Shown here in pieces: positions 20,764-29,633 of a DNA stretch of 64,000 nucleotides. Source of the DNA: Terriglobia bacterium (GTDB taxonomy: Bacteria; Acidobacteriota; Polarisedimenticolia; Polarisedimenticolales; JAIQFR01); assembly GCA_963748015.1 (NCBI GenBank), contig CAVVHE010000005.1, forward strand, positions 384,001 through 448,000. The letters run 5' to 3'. Position 1 is the stretch's first letter, and the number at the start of each line of letters is the position of its first letter. Below the pieces are notes generated by a model, which was not told the origin of the DNA, did no database searches, and saw only the letters and a list, made by a program, of their open reading frames with translations. The translations under genes were made by a program, and so were the position numbers.

Positions 20764-22573
20764 GTGAGCCGGCAGGTGTTCCACGACGGCCGCGGGGCCT
20801 TCCGGGTTCGTTTCCCCTTCGATCGAAGGCTCGTGGACCTCATCAAGACGCTCCCGGGCCGGCGGTGGAACGCGGTCGAGAAGCACTGGACCGTCCCCGA
20901 GGACGAGGTCGTCGCGCTCGTGGACCTCCTCGGCCCCGAGGGGTTCGACTTCGACGAGGCGACCCGCGCGCGCTACCTCGGCCACGGGGGCACGGGCGCC
21001 CTCCCCGCGGCGGCCGACCCGGCCGGCGGTCCCGTGCTTCCCGGCCTCTTTGCCCCCGCGGACGACCCGCCGCCTCCCGCGCCAGCTCCCGCCGGGGAAG
21101 CCGCGCCGCGCGGCGCCGTCACCGACTACACGGTCACGCGTCTCAACCTCGAGGCCAAGCGCGCGCTGGCCGCGGCCTTCCCCGCCCCGGTCTGGCTGGT
21201 CGGCGAGATCAGCGGGTTCAACAAGAGCGCCCACCGCCGCATCGTCGGCTTCCACCTCGTCGAGCGCGACCCGGGCGGCCGCTCCCTCGCCGAGGTGAAC
21301 GCCGTCCTGTTCGAGGAGGCCCGCGCCGACATCGAGGCCGCGCTCGCCGCCGCGGGCAGCCCGTTCAAGCTCGAGGACGAGGTGACGGTGCGCGTCCGCG
21401 GGACCGTCGAGCTGTACGAGCCGTGGGGGCAGTACCGATTCCGCGTCGTGGAGCTCGACCTCGCGTACACCCTCGGCGAGGCGGCGCGCCGCCGCGAGGA
21501 GATCGTCCGCCGCCTGACCGCCGAAGGGTTGGTCGGCCTCAACACGTCGCTCCCCTTTCCCGACCTCCCGCTGCGCGTCGGGCTGGTCACGAGCCTCGGC
21601 TCCGACGCGTTCAACGACGTGCTCCGCACCCTGCAGGAGTCGGGGTTCGCGTTCCGCGTCGTCGCGCACGGCGCCCGCGTGCAGGGGCGCTCCACCGAGC
21701 CGTCGGTCCTCAACGCGCTCGACTGGTTCCGCGAGCGCGCGGCGAATTTCGACGCGGTGATGATCTGCCGCGGCGGCGGCTCGCGCACCGACCTCGCCTG
21801 GTTCGACTCCGAGGCGCTCGGCCGCGCGGTCGCCGCGTTCCCGCTCCCCGTCGTGATCGGCATCGGCCACGAGCAGGACCAGTCGGTGCTCGACTTCGTC
21901 GGCTGGCGCTGCAAGACGCCCACTGCCGCCGCGGCTTTCCTGGTGGACCGGGTGCGCGCGGCGGAAGAGACCGTCGAGACGAGCACGCGCGCGATCCTCG
22001 AGGCCGCGGCCGCCGCGGTCCGCGAGGAGGCGCGGGCGCACGCCGAGCGCGGCGCGGCGGCTCGCCCTCGCGGCGCGCGGCCTGCTCGAGCGCGAGGCGT
22101 CCGAGCTCGCCCACCGGCGGCTTCGCGCCATCCGCGCCGCCCGCTCCCTGCTCGCCGCGGCGTCCCACGACGTCTCGCGCCGCGCGGCGGCGCTCCCCCG
22201 CGCGGCGGCGCTGCTGCTCGAGCGCCACCGGGTCCTGCTCGCCCAGTCCACGCGCCAGCTCGTGCAGGGAGCCCGAAGAGACATGACCGCCGCCGCGAGG
22301 CACGTGTCGGAGCTCGCGGCGTCGCTTGCGCCCCGCGGGCTTCGGCGGATCGCGCTCGAGACCGAGCGCGCCGAGGCGCGCGCCCGACGGCTGCACCTCG
22401 TGGACCCGCGTCGCGTCGTGGAGCGAGGCTACGCGATCCTGCGCGCCGCCGCGGGAGGCGTGCTCACGGACGCCGCGGCCGCGCCGGAGGGGACCGAGGT
22501 GCACGCGGAGCTGAAGCGCGGCCGGCTCAGGCTGCGCTCCCTAGGTGTCGAAACGGAGGAAGGAGGCCGCTAG
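20764..22573 (+). CDS. xseA: Exodeoxyribonuclease VII large subunit with N-terminal extra domain (frameshift near 22050)
   Basis: VWLVGEISGF, RVGLVTSLGSDAFNDV, RGGGSRTDL, IGIGHEQD, KTPTAAA and VERGYAIL; adjacent to xseB. Confidence 0.88.
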
Positions 22574-22577
22574 TCCC

Positions 22578-22853
22578 ATGGCGAAATCGGCAAAGGCCGG
22601 GAAGGAGTTCTCCTACGGCGAGGCCGCGACGCGGCTCGAGGAGATCCTCGGGCGGATCGAGGAGGGGCAGGTGGACATCGACGAGCTGTCCGGCCTCGTG
22701 AAGGAGGCCGCGGAGCTGACCACCCTCTGCCGCCAGAAGATCCACGCCGCGGAGGTGCAGGTCCGCACCATCACCGAGCAGCTCGAGCGCGAGGCCCCCT
22801 CGGACGCCGGCGGGAACGAGGCGACCTCGGGCGGCGAAGAGCCGCCGTTCTAG
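22578..22853 (+). CDS. xseB: Exodeoxyribonuclease VII small subunit
   Basis: FSYGEAATRLEEILGRIEEGQVDIDEL...CRQKIHAAE; follows xseA. Confidence 0.9.
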   Translation: MAKSAKAGKEFSYGEAATRLEEILGRIEEGQVDIDELSGLVKEAAELTTLCRQKIHAAEVQVRTITEQLEREAPSDAGGNEATSGGEEPPF

Positions 22854-23930
22854 ATGACCGCCGACGAGCTCTTCCGGGGGCGCCTCGTGATGGCGCCGAT
22901 GGCGAGGGGGACCGACCTCCCGTTCCGCCGCCTCGCGAACGAGTGGGGGGCCGCGGTCTGCCTCGGCGAGATGGCGTACGCCCACAAGGTGGCGAAGGGG
23001 GAGCGCAGCGAGCTGGCGCTGCTCCGCCGCCACCCGTCCGAAAAGGTCTTCGGCGCCCAGCTCGCGGGGAAGCATCCCGAGGCGGTCGCCGAGGCGGCGC
23101 GAATCGCGCAGGACCAGGGGGCGGACTTCGTCGACCTCAACCTCGGCTGCCCGATCGACGACGCGACGCGCCGCGGGTTCGGCGCGGCGCTCCTCGATCG
23201 GCCTTCGAAGGTCGGAGCGATCGTCGCCGCGATGAAGGCGGCCGTCACGGTCCCGGTCACCGTGAAACTCCGCCTCGGCTGGACGGAGGGGAAGCCGACG
23301 GCTCTCAAGATCGCGCTCGTGGCGCAGGAGGCGGGTGCCGACGCCGTGACGCTGCACGGGCGGAGCCGCGCGCAGCGCTACCGCCGCCCCGCCGACTGGA
23401 ATTTCGTGCGCGAGCTGGCCGCGGGCCTCTCGATCCCGGTCATCGGGAACGGCGACGTGATGACGTGGCGCGACGCGACGCGGCGGATGGAGGAGACCGG
23501 CTGCGCCGGCGTGATGGTCGGGCGCTGGGCGCTGGCGAAGCCCTGGATCTTCCGCGAGTTCGCGGAGGGGCGCGACCTGGCGTTGACCGCCGAGGAGCGC
23601 GTCGCGGTGCTCAGGCGCTACGCCGAGCTCTGCCTCGAGCACTTCGGCACCGACGACCGCGGCCGCCTCCGCGCGCGGCAGTTCCTCACGTTCCACCAGG
23701 ACTTCTTCCGCCGCTACCGCCGCGGCGCCGGCCTCGAGGCGGTGAACTCGGAGGATCCGCGCGAGTGGGGAGCGGAGCCCGACGGCGAGCTCGAGGCGTG
23801 GCTCGGCCGCGCCGACGCTCCCGCCGTCGACGCCCTCTGCGACTGGCTCGTGGACGGCCTCCCGCCGGTTCCCCCTCCCCCGGCCGATCCCGACGCGCCC
23901 CGCGCGTTCAAGGCGCAGGTGCTCGGCTGA
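22854..23930 (+). CDS. dus: tRNA-dihydrouridine synthase
   Basis: MAPMA, DLNLGCP, TVKLRLG, TLHGR, IGNGD and GVMVGR motifs. Confidence 0.92.
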   Translation: MTADELFRGRLVMAPMARGTDLPFRRLANEWGAAVCLGEMAYAHKVAKGERSELALLRRHPSEKVFGAQLAGKHPEAVAEAARIAQDQGADFVDLNLGCPIDDATRRGFGAALLDRPSKVGAIVAAMKAAVTVPVTVKLRLGWTEGKPTALKIALVAQEAGADAVTLHGRSRAQRYRRPADWNFVRELAAGLSIPVIGNGDVMTWRDATRRMEETGCAGVMVGRWALAKPWIFREFAEGRDLALTAEERVAVLRRYAELCLEHFGTDDRGRLRARQFLTFHQDFFRRYRRGAGLEAVNSEDPREWGAEPDGELEAWLGRADAPAVDALCDWLVDGLPPVPPPPADPDAPRAFKAQVLG

Positions 23931-24012
23931 GGGGAGCGCCCTCGCGCGAATCGTGGCCCGGTGCGACAATGGCCGGCCCTCTCGAAATGGATATGGATAA
24001 GGAGACGAAGGC

Positions 24013-24831
24013 ATGCGGTTCAAGTCGCCCCTCTTCATCGCGCTGATCGCCTCGGCGCTGGTCCTGTTCCCGTCGTGCGGAGGCGGCTCCAAGACCTCCG
24101 AGTCCGCGCCGTCCCCGACCCAGACACCCGCGCGGGCCGAGGCGCCCCCGAGCGCGGCGCAGGCTCCCGCCGGCGAGGCGCCGCAGGGCGAGCTTCCGCC
24201 GGGACACCCTTCAGTCGAAGGCGGGACGCCGCCGCCGGCGCAGGCCGCCGCAACTGCCCCGCCCCTGACCCCCGAGGCCGCGGCGAAGGGAATGCCCGCC
24301 GGGCATCCCCCGATCGACGCGCCCCCGTCCCCGATGGGCGCGATCCCGCCGCCGCCACCGGGCTCGGGCACCGGCTCCTCGGCGATCCTGTGGACCGCGC
24401 CCAAGGGTTGGGTCGAAGAGGCGCCGTCGAGCGCGATGCGCAAGGCCCAGTACCGCGTCCCCGGCCCCGGCGGCGACGGCGAGTGCGTCGTCTTCTACTT
24501 CGGCCCCGGCCAGGGTGGCGGCCCGATGGACAACGCGCAGCGGTGGGCCTCGCAGTTCAAGAAGGCCGACGGCAGCCCGGCCACCGATCAGGCCAAGACC
24601 TGGGAGACGCAGGCGGGCGACCGCAAGGTGCTCAACGTCGAGGTCACGGGAACCTACGCGGGTGGAATGACCATGGGAATGGCCGCGGCGGAGGAGAAGC
24701 CCGGCTACATGCTGCTGGGCGCGGTCGCCGAGGGCCCCGACGCGAACTGGTTCTTCAAGCTCACCGGCCCCGAGAAGACCGTGCGCGCGCAGCGCGCCGC
24801 CTTCGACGGGATGCTGAAGAGCTTGAAGTAG
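24013..24831 (+). CDS. Pro-rich putative lipoprotein
   Basis: Signal peptide ending in Cys (LFPSC); two (L/M)PxGHP motifs; folded C-terminal domain (WFFKLTGP). Confidence 0.8.
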   Translation: MRFKSPLFIALIASALVLFPSCGGGSKTSESAPSPTQTPARAEAPPSAAQAPAGEAPQGELPPGHPSVEGGTPPPAQAAATAPPLTPEAAAKGMPAGHPPIDAPPSPMGAIPPPPPGSGTGSSAILWTAPKGWVEEAPSSAMRKAQYRVPGPGGDGECVVFYFGPGQGGGPMDNAQRWASQFKKADGSPATDQAKTWETQAGDRKVLNVEVTGTYAGGMTMGMAAAEEKPGYMLLGAVAEGPDANWFFKLTGPEKTVRAQRAAFDGMLKSLK

Positions 24832-24885
24832 GAAGCGCGAGCCGCGCCCGGGCGGCAATGGTCTCTCGTTCGAATCGGCCGGAAT

Positions 24886-24909
24886 CGGGGGGCAGGTCGC
24901 TGCCCCCCG
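24886..24909. terminator. GC hairpin between convergent genes
   Basis: CGGGGGGCAG-GTCG-CTGCCCCCCG perfect 10-bp stem; no clear U-tract. Confidence 0.45.
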
Positions 24910-25161
24910 CTACTCGTTCGCCGCCATCCCGCACACCGGGCAGATGACCGGCCGGCTCCGGTCTCCAAGACGGCGGAGCATCATCTCGGAGAGCATCGCC
25001 GTTCCTCTCCCGACGTGGTAGCTGTGGATCCCCTGCTGAAGGAGGTCGATCGCCTCGACGGCGCGGCCGGGAAGGTCCTTCGCCAGCTCCTCGACCGCGC
25101 GATGGCCGCCTTGCAGCAGGGTCTCGAATTCCTGAGCGGTCCACTTGGCTTCGCGTGACAC
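24910..25161 (-). CDS. Small hypothetical protein with C-terminal CxxC
   Basis: GTG at 25161 after a purine-rich RBS; helical sequence ending ICPVCGMAANE. Confidence 0.5.
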   Translation of the reverse strand: MSREAKWTAQEFETLLQGGHRAVEELAKDLPGRAVEAIDLLQQGIHSYHVGRGTAMLSEMMLRRLGDRSRPVICPVCGMAANE

Positions 25162-25220
25162 CTTGACGATCCCTTCCCCGTCCCTGACCGTCCGGTTGCC
25201 TATTCTCTCACGGCGCTCGC

Positions 25221-25826
25221 CTAGAGACGTCCCATCTGCCGGTCCTGAACCCGCGCGAGGGCCAAGAGGCCGACGCCAGCGCCGACGAGCGCCAGGAACA
25301 TGTCCGACTGCGTATCCCAGGGGTCGCCCTGGGTGCCGAGAAACGCGTCGGCGCCTTGCCCGAGCGCCACTGCCGCCCGCCACTCGATGAGCTCGTACCC
25401 CGCGCTGATCGTCATCGCGACGCAGAGGGACAGGAAGGCGGCCATCCGACGGTTGGTGAGGTACTTGCCGCGGAGGAGGATTTCCCGCGCCGCCAGGGCC
25501 GGCACCAAGCCTTGCGCGAAGTGACCGATCTTGTCGTACGGATTCCGGCCGAGCGAGAGCGCATCCCGAATCCAGAAGCCCAGGGGCACGCGCGCGTACG
25601 TGTAGGCGCCGCCCACGATCAGGATGATCGCGTGGACGAAGATCAGGCCGTAGAGGAGCGAGGTCAGCGGGAACCGCCGGTACGAGACGACGAGGATCGG
25701 CCCCACGATCAAGACCGGGGCCACCTCCATCCACCAGGTCTGCCGATCGTACGGCCGGATCCCCGAGACGACGAGAATGGCGGCGGCCACGATCCCGAAC
25801 GCGATGAGATACCGCTCTCGCGACAA
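25221..25826 (-). CDS. DUF2238 (YjdF-like) inner membrane protein
   Basis: TWWMEVAPV, GGAYTYARVPLG, RNPYDKIGHFAQG, YELIEW, FLGTQGDPWDTQSDM. Confidence 0.9.
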   Translation of the reverse strand: MSRERYLIAFGIVAAAILVVSGIRPYDRQTWWMEVAPVLIVGPILVVSYRRFPLTSLLYGLIFVHAIILIVGGAYTYARVPLGFWIRDALSLGRNPYDKIGHFAQGLVPALAAREILLRGKYLTNRRMAAFLSLCVAMTISAGYELIEWRAAVALGQGADAFLGTQGDPWDTQSDMFLALVGAGVGLLALARVQDRQMGRL

Positions 25827-25843
25827 GCTCCGCTACCCCCCTT

Positions 25844-27139
25844 TCAGAGCTCTCGGGTCGGATCGGCCACGCGCCCTAAGAACAGGATCGCGCCGGACTT
25901 CTCGTGGCGGATGACGAAGAGGAAGGGGTGATCGGCCTTGAAGACGACCGGCGGCTTCGTCACGGGAATCGCGGCGCTGGTCACCCCCACGACGGCCGTG
26001 GCGGCCGCCGCCTCGGTTCCCTCTTCGTTCACGTCGACGAATGCCTTGTGCACGACGGCCGAGATGAAGAGGCCCTTCTTGCCGTCCATGCCCGAGAAAT
26101 CGGCGGCGGCCGCCGAGAAGGCGTCCGGCATTCCCATCGCCCCCAGGACCTTCGAGAGCTCGAACTCCCGCGTCATCTTGAACCTCGGCAGTGTCAGATC
26201 GACCTCTTCCTGGCCGAATCTCTGCAGCTCCTTGCCGAGCAGGGCCGGGGTCACCCCCTTCTCGACCGCCGCCAGCCCGTCGACCTTCTTCGGGAGGATC
26301 ACGACCATCGACAGCTCGTCGCCGGCGTACGGCAGCTTGACGGCCTGGTAGTCCGCGGTCTCCTTGTACCCGTACTCTTCCCGGCTGCGCATCATCGAGG
26401 CCTTCGCCTCTTTGCCGCCGGGCAGGTGGAACGGCTCCTCGAGCGTCCTCGACGTCTCGAACGGCTTGGCCCACTTGCCCTTGAAGTAGATGGCGTTCGT
26501 GAGGACCAGCCGCGTTCTGGAATCGAGGACTCCCTCCGCGATGAGGTTCTTGATCTTGTCGCGGGTCTCTCTCTCGACCCAGGCGTTGATGGTCTCGCGG
26601 GCCGCGGCTGCGTCCTTCGCGAAATCGACCTGGCTGAGGCCGGCCCCGTAGCTGTCCTTGACGAGTCGCAGGTAGTCGGGCAGGAACTCGAGCCCCTTCT
26701 GCCCCCAGAGCGCGTTGGCCACCGAGAGCTGGTACCGGCGCGGAGCGCCGTCCGGGCCCTTCTCGGCATTGAGGCTCCCGAGGAACGCGCCCATGGCCTG
26801 GTGCAAGTCGGCCCGTCCCGTCCCGACGTGCAAGACCCCGATCAGCTGCTCGGCCGTCCGACCGCGAGCTCCGGCCGCGGTCATCGCCAGCGCGGTTTCG
26901 ATCGAGCTGGGCGAGTAGAAGAGATTCCCCTCTTGCCCGGCGAGCTTGCCATGCAGGTCTGCGGCAAAGGCGTTGTTGGCCTCGGCCACCCACGCTGCCT
27001 GCGCCGCGCCTCCGGGCGCCCGCGGAGCCTTGGGATCGGCCGCCAGGGCGAGGAGAGGACCAGCGGCCAACGCGATCGCGGCAGCCAGGGTCAATGCAGC
27101 GGGAGTGATGTGCGTCATGGTAAGACCCTTCGGGATCAT
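25844..27139 (-). CDS. Serpin (exported serine protease inhibitor)
   Basis: NLFYSPSSI, INAWVERET, LVLTNAIYFKGKW, hinge EEGTEAAAAT, FKADHPFLF; signal peptide. Confidence 0.95.
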   Translation of the reverse strand: MIPKGLTMTHITPAALTLAAAIALAAGPLLALAADPKAPRAPGGAAQAAWVAEANNAFAADLHGKLAGQEGNLFYSPSSIETALAMTAAGARGRTAEQLIGVLHVGTGRADLHQAMGAFLGSLNAEKGPDGAPRRYQLSVANALWGQKGLEFLPDYLRLVKDSYGAGLSQVDFAKDAAAARETINAWVERETRDKIKNLIAEGVLDSRTRLVLTNAIYFKGKWAKPFETSRTLEEPFHLPGGKEAKASMMRSREEYGYKETADYQAVKLPYAGDELSMVVILPKKVDGLAAVEKGVTPALLGKELQRFGQEEVDLTLPRFKMTREFELSKVLGAMGMPDAFSAAAADFSGMDGKKGLFISAVVHKAFVDVNEEGTEAAAATAVVGVTSAAIPVTKPPVVFKADHPFLFVIRHEKSGAILFLGRVADPTREL

Positions 27140-27173
27140 CTGCGTCCCTGCATCTTTCCTGCTCCCTCCCCGC

Positions 27174-28568
27174 CTACCGGAATCCGAACACCGGCGGGAA
27201 GAGCACGACCACCACCCACGCCCACGCCGCGTAGACGGGGAGGTACGCGGTCTGCCAACGCTCCAGCTTGGCGAACGCCATCCGCCCGGCGAGGAACCGC
27301 GCGTAGAGCGCGGCGGACCCGCCGAGGCTCACCAGCAGGATGAGGTTCTCGCCGAGGGCCGCGACCTTGTTGGGGCTGAAGCCGAACTCCGAGATGCGGG
27401 CGGCGATGGCCCACAGCGCGATGGCGTCGACGAGCAGGGCGCAGACGACGAGGAGAAGCTGCATGGCATCGAAGAGCCCCGGCGCCTTCTGCGGGTCCCG
27501 GGCCGAGATCGCGTAGAGGACCAGGCCCACCACCAGCACCAGGAGCAGATCGAAACCGATGAGCACCTCGCGCCCCAAGACGATGCCGCTTCCGGTCCAC
27601 GCCATGGTCGCGAGGAACGCCAGCAGCAGGACGGTGAACAGCGGCGTGAAGAGGAGCGTCAGCACGGGCGCCATGTTCTCGATGACGCTCTGCTTGGCCT
27701 CCACGAGCCACGCCGCGATGATCACGGCGCCGACGGCGCCGCAGGGCAGGATCCAGGTCGTCACGAGCCACTGCGGCTTCAGGCCGATGGAGCTGAAGAC
27801 GAACGCGGTGAGCGCCATCAGCACGCCGCCGCCGAGGGCGATGAGGGCGTAGTAGATGAACCACTCTCCGGAGAAGCGCACGTAGTTCATCCGCTGATCG
27901 TGGTCCCGCCAGCGGCCGGCGGCGTACGCGTAGCCCACGGCGAGCCACAGCGCGATGGGCAGGTGCAACGCGGCGAGGATCTCGGTGCTCGCGCCGGATG
28001 CGAACGGCACGAGGTTGATCGCCGCGACCGCCACCACGAACGGCGCCGCCAGCCACAGCCGGCCCGCCGGCGCGAGGGACCGCTTCGAGGCGAAGAACGC
28101 GGCCAGGAACGGGAGCACGAACAGGCTGAAGTTGCGGAAGTAGAGCTCCGGCAGCTCCCGGTCCGGGTGCATCCTCACGCCGAACAGCTCCGGGACCTTG
28201 ATGGCCACGGCGGCGGCGATCGCCAGGGCGACCGCCAGCAGGGCTTCCTTGACGTTTCTCACCCGCTCCTCGGCGGCGCCGGGAGCAACGACGAGCCGCT
28301 TCCAGAGCCGCTCCGAGTGCTCCCGCGCGAACTCGCGGGAGAGCGCATCGAGGTCTCCGATGCGCTTCACGGCGATGAGGAAGGCCTCGTCCCCCGCGAG
28401 CCCCGCCTCCCGGAGCGTTTTCACCTGGCTGCGCAGGTGATCCTCCAGCTCGTCCGCGTCCACGGAGTGGATGGCCTGCCGTCGCCGGACGTACGAACGC
28501 CACTCCGCGATACCCTCTTCCAGCGAGCTGCGCGCCCTTTCCTTGGGGTCATCGTTTTCCTGCGACAC
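27174..28568 (-). CDS. Polytopic membrane protein with permease-prefix-1 N-terminal domain
   Basis: ELEDHL...AGL..DEAFLIAVKRIG prefix motif, many TM segments, GFSPNKVAALGEN. Confidence 0.85.
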   Translation of the reverse strand: MSQENDDPKERARSSLEEGIAEWRSYVRRRQAIHSVDADELEDHLRSQVKTLREAGLAGDEAFLIAVKRIGDLDALSREFAREHSERLWKRLVVAPGAAEERVRNVKEALLAVALAIAAAVAIKVPELFGVRMHPDRELPELYFRNFSLFVLPFLAAFFASKRSLAPAGRLWLAAPFVVAVAAINLVPFASGASTEILAALHLPIALWLAVGYAYAAGRWRDHDQRMNYVRFSGEWFIYYALIALGGGVLMALTAFVFSSIGLKPQWLVTTWILPCGAVGAVIIAAWLVEAKQSVIENMAPVLTLLFTPLFTVLLLAFLATMAWTGSGIVLGREVLIGFDLLLVLVVGLVLYAISARDPQKAPGLFDAMQLLLVVCALLVDAIALWAIAARISEFGFSPNKVAALGENLILLVSLGGSAALYARFLAGRMAFAKLERWQTAYLPVYAAWAWVVVVLFPPVFGFR

Positions 28569-28571
28569 GAG

Positions 28572-28925
28572 TCAGCCTCCCTGAGGCGCCAGTTGGAACG
28601 AGCGGAGCAGCGTCCGGCGCAGCGTGGAGTCCACCACCTGCCACTGTCGCCGCTGGCTCGCCAGTTCCGCCTCACCACTGTCGGTCAACCGGTAGTACTT
28701 GCGCTGCCGCCCGGACTCCGACCGCCCCCAGACGGCCTTCACGAAGCCGTTGCGTTCGAGGCGGTGGAGGACGGGGTACAGCATGCCGTCCGTCCACTGG
28801 AGCTCGCCGCCCGACAACTCGGCCACGCGCTTGATGATCGCGTAGCCGTAGCTCTCGCCCTCGCTGAGGATGGACAAGATCAGCGGCGTGGCCGAGGCCG
28901 CGACGAGGTCCTTGCCGACATTCAT
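28572..28925 (-). CDS. PadR family transcriptional regulator
   Basis: SYGYAII, GMLYPVLHRLE and RKYYRLT motifs. Confidence 0.93.
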   Translation of the reverse strand: MNVGKDLVAASATPLILSILSEGESYGYAIIKRVAELSGGELQWTDGMLYPVLHRLERNGFVKAVWGRSESGRQRKYYRLTDSGEAELASQRRQWQVVDSTLRRTLLRSFQLAPQGG

Positions 28926-28961
28926 GGGCCGGACCGTCGAGCGAGCGAGGATTGGATTTCG

Positions 28962-29001
28962 TACATAGAAGCTTTATACATTGTACTTCTATGTATGTCA
29001 A
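28962..29001 (-). promoter_or_regulatory. Sigma70 promoter with overlapping palindromic operator
   Basis: Minus strand TTGACA (29001-28996)-17 bp-TATAAA (28978-28973); perfect inverted repeat TACATAGAAG-N14-CTTCTATGTA (28962-28995). Confidence 0.85.
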
Positions 29002-29035
29002 GGAACCAGCAACAACAGGAACCAGCAACGACAGG
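29001..29035. repeat. 16-bp tandem duplication
   Basis: AGGAACCAGCAACAAC AGGAACCAGCAACGAC AGG. Confidence 0.8.
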
Positions 29036-29188
29036 GGTCGGCAACGACGCGCCAAGGGGACGCAACTCGATCTCCGGCAACGGGTTGCGGGAAGACCAGG
29101 GCGTCACCGCGCTCGGCGCCCTCGGTGCCATCCCGTTCCGACCCTGGAACGGCCTGGATTCTCGCGCCGTGGTTTTGCCGACACCCTG
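29032..29188. mobile_element. Possible MITE or IS remnant
   Basis: Ends CAGGG-GTCGGCAA and TTGCCGACACCCTG are inverted repeats with one indel; internal palindrome CGCAACTCG-N11-CGGGTTGCG; no transposase. Confidence 0.4.
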
Positions 29189-29194
29189 CAGGAG

Positions 29195-29295
29195 GCCTCC
29201 GCGACCTACAGATGGACGGTGACGTGGAGGGGTACGACTGCAAGCTCCCGACCGACCCGTTCATCGTGACCGTCGGGGTCGGCCGCAAGTTCTAG
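29195..29295 (+). pseudogene. C-terminal remnant of an OmpW-like outer-membrane beta-barrel
   Basis: Reads ...DCKLPTDPFIVTVGVGRKF*, typical last beta-strand with terminal Phe; no 5' part. Confidence 0.45.
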
Positions 29296-29633
29296 TCGGC
29301 TCCCCAAGCGACACGCATCTCGAACACGAATTCTTTCGTAAGGATAGCGGAACGGCAAGCTCTCTTGCTGCGCGATAGCCGGTCCGGGAGTTCGCCAGGG
29401 AGCCAACCTCCTGTCGGAGGTGACCCATATTGAGAGGGACGGGCCTGCCCTTCTCCAGTCGGCCGGAACGATTCGCGAGAAGTCAGACCGTCACACGTGA
29501 AACCCGTGCTGCGGAATCCTCGTTTCGTCGACGTGGAACCAAGAAGCTCCGCAGGTCGTTCCGTCGTGGGCGTCTCCCATCGTTGGAAGACCATGGGCCC
29601 GCGGCTCTGAACGTCAAGTGAACGGGGTGAACC

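Noticed and set aside
22040..22070. Programmed frameshift in xseA (and at ~15290)
   Set aside because: No slippery heptamer; single extra bases in GC runs fit the window-wide indel error pattern.
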